A stretch of 32,000 nucleotides of DNA. Source: Mycolicibacterium smegmatis (GTDB taxonomy: Bacteria; Actinomycetota; Actinomycetes; Mycobacteriales; Mycobacteriaceae). The translations under genes were made by a program, and so were the position numbers. Below are positions 8,274 through 15,633 of the stretch, piece by piece (the first letter of the stretch is position 1; every line of letters begins with the position of its first letter). Under the pieces are notes generated by a model. The model did not search any database. It worked only from the letters and a program-made list of their open reading frames with translations, and was not told the DNA's origin. Location of the stretch: contig NZ_LN831039.1 of the NCBI RefSeq assembly GCF_001457595.1, forward strand, positions 4,230,001-4,262,000, read 5' to 3'.

Positions 8274-9860
8274 CTACTGGCGCTGCAGGAGGTCATGGCC
8301 GCGCACCGCGAAGACCAGGGCCTGTCGGGTGTCGGGGTCGTCCAGGGACCGTTGCAGCAAGTTGGTGATGCGCTCGAGCCGGTAGTACAGCGTGCGCCGT
8401 TGCACGAAAAGTTGTTGTGCGGCCTGAGATTTGTTCCCGTCGCAGGACAGATAAGTGCGCAGCGTGGGGAGAAGCGGGTTCGACGCGGTGGCGTCGTGTT
8501 TGAGAATCGGGCCGAGTTCGTCTTCGATGTAGCGAGCCAGTTCGGGTCCGCCGGCCAAGGACGCCAACAGGCGCAGCACCCCCAAGTCGTCGAATCGGTG
8601 CACTTCCTTGTCGGGCTTGGCCGCGGCCACCGATGCCGCGCTGCGCGCCTGTTCGACGGCTGTCGGAAGTTGTGCGGGACTCACCGGTCGACTCACACCG
8701 GCGCGCACGTCGAGCGCACGGAGGCGTTCGACCATCTTGCGCTCGGAACTGGTGGGCGACAGACCCATGATCGCCAGGGTGTGTTCGCCCAGATCCGCGA
8801 CTACGGCCGGCACATGCATCGCCCGGCAGAACTCCTCGATCGCTTCGTCGCTCGTGGCGCCGGGCGGCATCTCTTTGAGTACGGAAACCACCACGAGGGC
8901 ACGTTCCCGCAGGTCCTGTCCCAAGCGCAGGGCTCTTGCGACGAACGCCTCACCGTCGATATCGCCGAGCAGCAGCCTGCTCACAAGCGCGTTCTGACGT
9001 TGGGCGGATCTCGCACCGCTTTCCCTGGCGCCGAGAAGGGCGATGGCGATGCCGTCGGTCGCGCGGTCGACTGCGTATCCGGCTGTGCCGACCAGGGCTG
9101 CACCGCCGTGAAGCACGTGCAACCAACCCCACCGCTCACCACGCAGCACCACGGCTCGTCGCGTGCAGTTGGGGGCGTCACCCGCCGAACCGGACTCGTT
9201 CGACGTCTCGTGTTCGATGCGTGAGTGGTGCTCCCAGTGCGACAGAACATCGTCATCCGCAGGGGAATTCGCGGAATAGGCCACCACCTGATGGGTCGCG
9301 TCTTCAAGGACGACGGGATGGCCCACCTCCTCGGCCAGCGCGTCGGTGAACCGGACCGGGTCCCGACCGGCCAGCAGCATCTGCATGAAGGTGGCGTTCA
9401 GCCGTTCGTATGCGCTCAGGTCGAGCACGCGCTGGTCCACTATCGACTCGTGCACCTGAGCGGACACCTCCACGAACGGCACCTCCCCCGCCAGGCCCAC
9501 CAACGGCAGCCCACGATCCCGGGCAGCATCCACAAGAGCCGCCGGCATCGTCGCGTAGGCCCGACCGCTGAGTTCGATGACCAGGACGGCTGCGCCCGCG
9601 TCGGCGAGTGCAGCGATGTAGTTCTCCTGTTCCGCGGCGCTGGATCCGATCCCGAGTCCAGCGGTCAACAACATCTCTCCGCCGGTGAGAAAGGTTGCGA
9701 TGTCTGGTATTTCGGTCGGGTGGACCCACCTGATGATGCGGTCGAGGTTCTCGTGTCCGGCGTAGACTCTCAGCGGCACCCGTTCGAACACCTCGAGTTG
9801 AAGCGCCGCTTCGACGGTCATCGCCATCGCTTTCGCCGCCTTTCTGCACGATGTGTGCAT
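8274..9860 (-). CDS. PucR/CdaR-family transcriptional regulator
   Basis: The C-terminal HTH LRTYLSCDGNKSQAAQQLFVQRRTLYYRLERI is typical of the PucR C-terminal domain. The N-terminus has the purine-catabolism-regulator-like LRVYAGHENLDRIIRWVHPTE. The start is ambiguous: ATG at 9860, or ATGs at 9827 or 9821 (MAMTVEAAL...). Confidence 0.85.
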   Translation of the reverse strand: MHTSCRKAAKAMAMTVEAALQLEVFERVPLRVYAGHENLDRIIRWVHPTEIPDIATFLTGGEMLLTAGLGIGSSAAEQENYIAALADAGAAVLVIELSGRAYATMPAALVDAARDRGLPLVGLAGEVPFVEVSAQVHESIVDQRVLDLSAYERLNATFMQMLLAGRDPVRFTDALAEEVGHPVVLEDATHQVVAYSANSPADDDVLSHWEHHSRIEHETSNESGSAGDAPNCTRRAVVLRGERWGWLHVLHGGAALVGTAGYAVDRATDGIAIALLGARESGARSAQRQNALVSRLLLGDIDGEAFVARALRLGQDLRERALVVVSVLKEMPPGATSDEAIEEFCRAMHVPAVVADLGEHTLAIMGLSPTSSERKMVERLRALDVRAGVSRPVSPAQLPTAVEQARSAASVAAAKPDKEVHRFDDLGVLRLLASLAGGPELARYIEDELGPILKHDATASNPLLPTLRTYLSCDGNKSQAAQQLFVQRRTLYYRLERITNLLQRSLDDPDTRQALVFAVRGHDLLQRQ

Positions 9861-9905
9861 TCAATCGGCAATGTAGTTCTCAGATCGGGTCTGACGCAAG
9901 TCACA

Positions 9906-9917
9906 TTCCGATCGGAA
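9906..9917. promoter_or_regulatory. perfect 12-bp palindrome TTCCGATCGGAA in the pucR / ThDP-enzyme divergent intergenic region
   Basis: Read directly from the sequence. It is centred between the divergent starts (9860 and 9978). I treat it as a candidate operator only. Confidence 0.3.
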
Positions 9918-9977
9918 GACTCAAGGAACACACGACCCCATGTCGCGGCAAGTCGCACGTACGGAAAAGGAGAGTTC

Positions 9978-11762
9978 ATGCCCAGGCTCAACGGCGGACA
10001 GGTCATCGGCCGCATCCTGAAGGAGTACGGCGTTCCCTATGTGGCCGGCATTCCCGGCCACGGCATCTGGGGGCTGATGGACGCGTTCAACGAAGAGGAA
10101 TCGAAGATCCCCTTCATCCAGACCTACCACGAGCAGAGCGCCGTCCACCTCGCCGATGGCTTCTACCGCGTGTCCGGCAAGCCCATGGCCGCCGTCACGT
10201 CCATCGGCGCCGGGGCATCCAATACCGTGCTCGGCCTGGCGACCGCATACAGCGATTCCACCAGTGTCCTGGTGATCACCGGTGGTCCGCCGCGCCACAT
10301 GCGTGGCCGCGGCGTCCTCCAAGAGCTGGAACGCCAGAAGGACAATGGATTTCCGCAGGTGGCGGAGGCGGTGTCCAAGCGCAGCTGGGTGGCCAACAGC
10401 ATCGAAGACCTCCCGTTCATCATGCACCGGGCCTTCTCCACAATGCTGACCGGACGCCGCGGCCCCGCCCACATCGAGGTGCCCTGGGATCTGCATGCCG
10501 AGACTGCCGAGGTCAACTTCCACGACCTCGCCCGCCGGCTCCCCATCGGACTTCAGTACCCCGATCCAGAGGCGATCGAACGCGCCGTCGCGCTGCTGGG
10601 CACCGCCAAGCGGCCGGTGATCGTTGTCGGTGGCGGTGCGATCAGCGCCAACGCCACCGACGAGGTCCGCGCCCTGGCCGAAGGCCTCAACATTCCCGTC
10701 GCCACCACGTGGAACGGCAAGAGCGCGTTCCCCGAGGATCACGAACTGTTCATCGGCAGTGTCGGCCAGACCGGCACCATCCACGGCAACTACCTGGCGG
10801 CCAACGCCGACGTCGTGTTATCCATCGGATGTCGATTCACGGACTGGTCTGCCTCCAGTTACGCCAAGGGCAGATCTTTCTCCTTCCCGCCGGCCAAACT
10901 GATCCACATCGACATCGATCCGCACGAGATCGGCAAGATCTATCCCGCCGAGGTCGGGATCCTCGCCGACGCCAAGCCTGCCGTCGCGGCGATCGTCGCG
11001 TCCCTCGGCAGCACACCGGAGCGAACCGAGTACCTCGCCGAAGTCGCAGAACGCAAGGCGGACTGGGAAAATCAGCTTTCGGCCCGACGAGACACCGACC
11101 GGTTTCCCTTCACGCTGCAACGGCCGCTGCACGCACTACGCCAAGTGATGGACCGCAGCGGCATCGTGCTCGCCGGGTCGGGCAACACCCAGGGTGCGGT
11201 CAAGCAAACCTTCCCGGTGTATGAGCCCCGGACGCACCTGACCACCGGCGGCTTCTCCGCGATGGGCTGGCCGGTGCCCGCCGCGCTCGGCGCCAAGCTG
11301 GCCGCGCCCGAACGGCAGGTCGCCTGTATCACCGGTGACGGCGATTTTCTGATGACCGCGCAGGAGATCGGAGTCGCCGTCCAACACGACATTCCGGTCG
11401 TCTTCGTCGTGCAGGACAACTCGGGCTACATCTCGATCCGAGGCGGGCAGCGCAACGCAACCGACCGGATCATCGGCACGGAGTTCAACCGCCCGGACGG
11501 TTCGCCCTACAGCCCGAGCTTCAAGGACCTCGGAAAGTCCTTCGGGCTGGAATCGTTCCGCGTCGAGTCCGCGGCCGATCTCGAGCCGACGTTCAAGCGG
11601 GCGTTCGATGCTCAAGCTCCGGTCCTGGTCGAGGTTCCCACCGACCGCGACCTCGCCAGCCCGTTCGTGCCTGGATGGCTGGACTTCCCGCCTCTGCCCC
11701 ACATCACCGACGAGCGCGCAGACGAGTACCGCGAGATGCGTGCCGCCGAACAGCACCAGTAG
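9978..11762 (+). CDS. thiamine-diphosphate-dependent enzyme (acetolactate synthase large-subunit-like fold), 594 aa
   Basis: ATG at 9978 is preceded by AAGGAGAG. The N-terminal Pyr domain reads GQVIGRILKEYGVPYVAGIPGHG...SIGAGASNTVLGLATAYSDSTSVLVITGG. The ThDP motif GDGDFLMTAQEIGVAVQHDIPVVFVVQDNSGY is present. The 250-codon upstream extension in the ORF track (from 9225) is antisense to pucR. Confidence 0.85.
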   Translation: MPRLNGGQVIGRILKEYGVPYVAGIPGHGIWGLMDAFNEEESKIPFIQTYHEQSAVHLADGFYRVSGKPMAAVTSIGAGASNTVLGLATAYSDSTSVLVITGGPPRHMRGRGVLQELERQKDNGFPQVAEAVSKRSWVANSIEDLPFIMHRAFSTMLTGRRGPAHIEVPWDLHAETAEVNFHDLARRLPIGLQYPDPEAIERAVALLGTAKRPVIVVGGGAISANATDEVRALAEGLNIPVATTWNGKSAFPEDHELFIGSVGQTGTIHGNYLAANADVVLSIGCRFTDWSASSYAKGRSFSFPPAKLIHIDIDPHEIGKIYPAEVGILADAKPAVAAIVASLGSTPERTEYLAEVAERKADWENQLSARRDTDRFPFTLQRPLHALRQVMDRSGIVLAGSGNTQGAVKQTFPVYEPRTHLTTGGFSAMGWPVPAALGAKLAAPERQVACITGDGDFLMTAQEIGVAVQHDIPVVFVVQDNSGYISIRGGQRNATDRIIGTEFNRPDGSPYSPSFKDLGKSFGLESFRVESAADLEPTFKRAFDAQAPVLVEVPTDRDLASPFVPGWLDFPPLPHITDERADEYREMRAAEQHQ

Positions 11763-11777
11763 GCGACAACCTCCCGC

Positions 11778-11811
11778 GATCCGTCACCGCGTGCGCACGC
11801 GGTGACGGATC
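11778..11811. terminator. perfect 34-bp palindrome (hairpin) 16 nt after the ThDP-enzyme stop; candidate factor-independent terminator without a U-tract
   Basis: GATCCGTCACCGCGTGC / GCACGCGGTGACGGATC is exactly self-complementary. It is followed by gtgccgcTTTg, which is not a real U-run. Confidence 0.45.
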
Positions 11812-11849
11812 GTGCCGCTTTGACCCGAAACAGCCGAAAGGGGTTGACG

Positions 11850-12017
11850 ATGGGCCGTCCCGGGGTGAACGCCCTGTGGCTCACCGCTGTGACAGCCGTC
11901 TTTCTCGCCGGGTTGTGGACGCTCACCGCATACGGGTCGACTCACAAGCTGCCCGTCACGCCCAGCAGCAGTTATTCGGTAACAAACCCGCCGTGGTCCA
12001 CCACGACGGGTCGCTAG
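11850..12017 (+). CDS. candidate small single-pass membrane protein, 55 aa (hypothetical)
   Basis: ATG at 11850 is preceded by AAAGGGG. The product is MGRPGVNALWLTAVTAVFLAGLWTLTAYGSTHKLPVTPSSSYSVTNPPWSTTTGR, with one clear TM helix. I counted 44 of 55 third positions as G/C, which is coding-like for this genome. It stops 11 nt before the AKR start. No family was recognised. Confidence 0.35.
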   Translation: MGRPGVNALWLTAVTAVFLAGLWTLTAYGSTHKLPVTPSSSYSVTNPPWSTTTGR

Positions 12018-12028
12018 TAGAGGAACCC

Positions 12029-13066
12029 ATGCAACCTTCGGTAACACGGACCCATGCCCGCTCGGGACTCACCTTCACGGCCATCGGCTACGGCGGTGCT
12101 CCGATCGGCAATTTCAACGGCACCTTCACCGAGCTGGAAGCGTTGGCGATGGTGGACCAATCGTGGGATCAGGGCATCCGGTACTTCGACACCGCACCCG
12201 GGTACGGCAACGGCCTGAGCGAGCACCGCCTCGGACAAGCGCTCAGGCAGCACAACCGATCCGAATACGTGCTGTCCAGCAAGGTCGGGCGGGTACTGAC
12301 GCCGATGATCGGCGCTCCTGCGGGAAACGGTGACTACCTGGATATCCCACCGTTCGTCGCGACATACGACTACTCGTATGACGGCGTCATGCGTGCGGTC
12401 GAGCAGAGCATGCAACGCATGCTCACCGACCGGTTCGACGCGCTTTTCATCCACGACTGCGACGTCTACACCCACGGTGACGCCCAACCCGAGTACTTCC
12501 GCCAGGCCATCGTCAGCGGATTCCCGGCACTGGAGATGTTGCGCGACCAGGGTGTGGTGCAGGCGATCGGGTTCGGTGTCAACGAAACCGACGTGATGTT
12601 GGACGCGGTCAAAGCTGTCGACGTCGACATCTGTCTGCTGGCAGGCCGCTACACACTTCTCGAACAGCAACCACTCGACGACCTGTTGCCGTTGTGTGAA
12701 GACCGCGGCGTGGGAATCGTGTTGGGCGGCGTGTACAACAGCGGCGTGCTCGCAACCGGCGCCGTGGACGGTGCCCGCTTCAACTATGGCCCAGCCCCCG
12801 CCGACATCCTCGACAAGACCCGCGCACTCGAAAGCGTCTGCAACGAGTTCGAAGTGCCGCTGCCAGCCGTTGCACTCCAGTTCGCCTATGCCCACCCCGT
12901 TGTCACCAGCGTGTGCCTGGGCGCCCGTAATCCCGGCCAACAGGCCCGCAACGCCGACCTTTTCGGGACGGAGATCCCCGTGGATCTCTGGGATGAACTC
13001 CGCTCCCGCCGCCTGATTCGCGAAGACGCCCCGACACCAAGTGCGCGTTCCGCAGAGCGAGATTGA
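12029..13066 (+). CDS. aldo/keto reductase, 345 aa
   Basis: ATG at 12029 is preceded by AGAGGA. AKR motifs present: GYGGAPIGN, FDTAPGYGNGLSEHRLGQAL, LSSKVGR and a C-terminal QFAYAHPVVTSVCLGARNP. Confidence 0.85.
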   Translation: MQPSVTRTHARSGLTFTAIGYGGAPIGNFNGTFTELEALAMVDQSWDQGIRYFDTAPGYGNGLSEHRLGQALRQHNRSEYVLSSKVGRVLTPMIGAPAGNGDYLDIPPFVATYDYSYDGVMRAVEQSMQRMLTDRFDALFIHDCDVYTHGDAQPEYFRQAIVSGFPALEMLRDQGVVQAIGFGVNETDVMLDAVKAVDVDICLLAGRYTLLEQQPLDDLLPLCEDRGVGIVLGGVYNSGVLATGAVDGARFNYGPAPADILDKTRALESVCNEFEVPLPAVALQFAYAHPVVTSVCLGARNPGQQARNADLFGTEIPVDLWDELRSRRLIREDAPTPSARSAERD

Positions 13067-13074
13067 GCGAAACG

Positions 13075-13112
13075 CCAGAAGGGGCGGCGCCGACAGGCGC
13101 CGCCCCTTCTGG
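13075..13112. terminator. 17-bp perfect stem / 4-nt loop hairpin between convergent AKR and GMC-2 genes (bidirectional terminator candidate)
   Basis: CCAGAAGGGGCGGCGCC-gaca-GGCGCCGCCCCTTCTGG. It starts 9 nt after the AKR stop and ends 1 nt before the GMC-2 stop codon. Confidence 0.6.
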
Positions 13113-13113
13113 T

Positions 13114-14697
13114 CTATTGCGCGGCCGACGCGATATCCGGGGCGACACGCAGCGCGTTCGCCGCGATCGTCAAAGCGGGGTTCAATGCCGCCGACGACGG
13201 GAAGAACGAACCGTCCACGAGCCATAGGTTTTCCACGTCATGGCTTCGGCATTGTCCGTTCAGTACGCTGCGCGCGGGGTCATGGCCCGCCACTGCCGTG
13301 CCACACATATGCGAATTGGTCTCGATGCCCATCCGCTGCGTCAGCACGATCGGATAGCCGGCCCGTCGTACGGCCTTGGTAACCCGCCTCACCAACTCCC
13401 GGTGCGGCGCAACATTGTTCGGTCGCCACCGCACGTAGATGTGACGATCATCCACGGTCACTCGGTTGTCGAGCCGCGGAAGGTCTTCTGTGGTGAGGTA
13501 GATGTCCAGGCTGCGGTCCGTGGCCATCTTCAGCGCCCACATCGGCGCCCACGGCCGGGCATTCTTGATCATGGCGGCCTGCAGCTTGCCGAGCATCTGC
13601 AGGTTGCCCAACGGATACTCGTTGTCCGGTCCGGCGGTGTACCAGTCGTTGAGCCCCAACGTCTTCTGCCATGCCGTGGTGTTTCGCCGACGGGGGTCGA
13701 TCGCAATGAAGAAAGTGCTGTTGTGGACCATGTAGTTTCGTCCGAGCAGACCCGAGGAGTTCGCGAGACCATCCGGGTGTTGAGGAGTCGACGAGCGCAG
13801 CAGGATGGCTGCGGTGTTCACCGCGCCGGCCGAGATCACGAACTGCTTGGCCTCGATCCGGACCGTCCGGCTGCCGCTCACCGCTTCGGCTGCCACAACC
13901 GTGCGACCGTCCGGCGATGTCAGGAGGCGCGTGACCTTGGAGTCGACGAGAAGCCGAACATTTTTCTCATGCAACGCAGGTCGCAGGGCCCGATTTTCGG
14001 CCTCGCTCTTCACGTCGGACTCAGACGGACAGCCGTCGGATGTGGTCGACGCGCGTCGTTGCTCGTCGGTGTCGAGATTCATCCCGTTCGGGGTGTGGAA
14101 GGGATGCAGCCCCTGACGCTTGAGAGACCCCGAGAAACGCTCGATCACCGGTTCGTGTGCGAGCGGCGGATGTGGATAGGGCTGTGAGTGCGGCGGTTCC
14201 GTCGGGTCTTCGTCGGTGGTCCCGTGCACCTCGAAGAGGCGCTCCGCTTCGCAGTAATACGGTTCGAGGTCGTCGTAGTTGAACGGCCATGCCGGTGAGG
14301 TTCCGTCGTGATGGATGATCTCGCCGAAATCCTCGCGGCGGAATCTGGGCAGGCTCGCACCGTAGAACTTCGTGTTGCCGCCGACCCAGTAGTACGTGCC
14401 CGGCTGGAAGGGTTCACCCGTGCGGGCATCGATCCACGGTTCGGCCGTCTTGTAGCGCCCGTGGATGTGCATCTCTTCGGGCATCGAATTCTCGGGTTCG
14501 CGGGGCAGGAAATGCCCCCGCTCGACCACCAGGACATCCCGGCCGGACTGACTCAACGCATAGGCGAGCGTCGAACCACCCATTCCAGAGCCGACGATGA
14601 CGATGTCAGCCGTGAAGACGTCCGAGTCCGACGCCCGCACAACGGCACCCTCTCGAAGGGGTGCGTACTCGTCGTTCGGTCGAGCGGTCAATGCCAT
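13114..14697 (-). CDS. GMC-family FAD oxidoreductase, paralogue 2, 527 aa
   Basis: DIVIVGSGMGGS FAD fold, HMCGTAVAG and C-terminal NPALTIAANAL. It is collinear with the 6544-8109 protein. ATG start with AGAGGA upstream. Confidence 0.85.
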   Translation of the reverse strand: MALTARPNDEYAPLREGAVVRASDSDVFTADIVIVGSGMGGSTLAYALSQSGRDVLVVERGHFLPREPENSMPEEMHIHGRYKTAEPWIDARTGEPFQPGTYYWVGGNTKFYGASLPRFRREDFGEIIHHDGTSPAWPFNYDDLEPYYCEAERLFEVHGTTDEDPTEPPHSQPYPHPPLAHEPVIERFSGSLKRQGLHPFHTPNGMNLDTDEQRRASTTSDGCPSESDVKSEAENRALRPALHEKNVRLLVDSKVTRLLTSPDGRTVVAAEAVSGSRTVRIEAKQFVISAGAVNTAAILLRSSTPQHPDGLANSSGLLGRNYMVHNSTFFIAIDPRRRNTTAWQKTLGLNDWYTAGPDNEYPLGNLQMLGKLQAAMIKNARPWAPMWALKMATDRSLDIYLTTEDLPRLDNRVTVDDRHIYVRWRPNNVAPHRELVRRVTKAVRRAGYPIVLTQRMGIETNSHMCGTAVAGHDPARSVLNGQCRSHDVENLWLVDGSFFPSSAALNPALTIAANALRVAPDIASAAQ

Positions 14698-15159
14698 TGC
14701 GGAAATCCTCTGTTCGTTGCCGGCCGTCGTGCCTCCGAATCGTCCTGATGCGCGACATGGTTGCCCGGGTCGGCAAGGTGCTCGTGCGACGTTATACCGA
14801 TGACGTTATGAGGTGCGCAACGCCGTAGCCAGACACAAGATGTGGCATGTTCTCCGGCTTTTGGACACAAACTGTGCATAGACCTCATCAAGCGACCCCA
14901 AGTGGATTGGGCGGCGCTGGGCTGCTTAGCGATACCGGTGGTCACGCAGTGGGCGGGCAGCGTCCGCAGCGGCGAGCCAGAATCGACGTTGGAAGAAGTC
15001 CCCGAGTTTTACAGGACCAGATCTGCAAGTGATCTGCGGTAACCGTGTAGCGATGGTTACGAAGCGCGGAGTCGACACGGACGTCGCCAGTCGGCATCGC
15101 ACCAGAGCGACACATACAGAGGCCCGGATAGACGGATCACAAGGGCGGCAAGAGCCGAA

Positions 15160-15235
15160 GACGTATGACCTAATCCGAGCTTCGTGTCATACATGCCAAA
15201 ACATATGACATTTCGCTGAAATTGGGCGTCTACAA
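15160..15235 (+). repeat. AT-rich repeat module, left copy (76 bp)
   Basis: gacgtatgacctaatccgagcttcgtgtcatacatgccaaaacatatgacatttcgctgaaattgggcgtctacaa. The first 59 bp match 18148-18206 at 53/59 and the last 17 bp match 18221-18237 at 15/17. It contains TGTCATA-n12-TATGACA. An inverted copy of the ATGACATCGAnATTGGG motif follows at 15250-15266. Confidence 0.8.
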
Positions 15236-15324
15236 CGGAGGGGTAGGGTCCCAATCTCGATGTCATTTGGGTCTGCTGCACGAACAGGTGACAGTGATCC
15301 GCCCCGGCATGTCGGGAGGTTCTC

Positions 15325-15633
15325 TTATCTGAGTGCCTCCTCGGCATGAGGGTGCCGTTGGCGATGGTAGTAGAGCGCTTCGGCCCGATCGGGGGTCAGG
15401 TCCTGGCAGTAGCCGTTGGGTCGCTGACGGTTGTAGAAGGCCACCCATTCGGCGGTCCCCAGCGCCAGTTCGGTGGCACCGGGATAGAGCGGCTGGCGGT
15501 CGATGAGTTCGGTCTTGTAGCTGCTGTTCACCGATTCGGCCAGAGCATTATCGAAACTATCCCCGACGGATCCGACTGAAGGCAGGATCCCCTCAGCGGC
15601 CAGACGTTCGGTGAACGCGACCGCGGTGTATTG
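15325..15633 (-). pseudogene. IS3-family orfB, 3' fragment (C-terminal part of the DDE transposase)
   Basis: It translates as QYTAVAFTERLAAEGILPSVGSVGDSFDNALAESVNSSYKTELI...WVAFYNRQRPNGY. This continues exactly from ...HHSDAGSQ at 17089-17091 once 15634-17088 plus one TTG copy are removed. Confidence 0.9.

Noticed and set aside
9225-9977. Long N-terminal extensions of track ORFs: ThDP enzyme from 9225, PAC2 from 29835, AKR from 11675, RclA-like to 21197, HAD to 25294, sugar porter to 24351, and IS30 transposase to 17296.
   Set aside because: The extensions overlap neighbouring genes or IS boundaries, lack SD sequences and are compositionally shadow-like. Internal starts with good SDs give proteins of canonical length and N-terminal motifs.
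15057-15347. A 96-aa minus-strand ORF spanning the left repeat module and the IS3 terminus. Other small ORFs occur at 14688-15042 and 18172-18381.
   Set aside because: They cross an IS boundary or the repeat modules, lack an SD, have no recognisable motifs and have an atypical composition. They are most likely non-coding.
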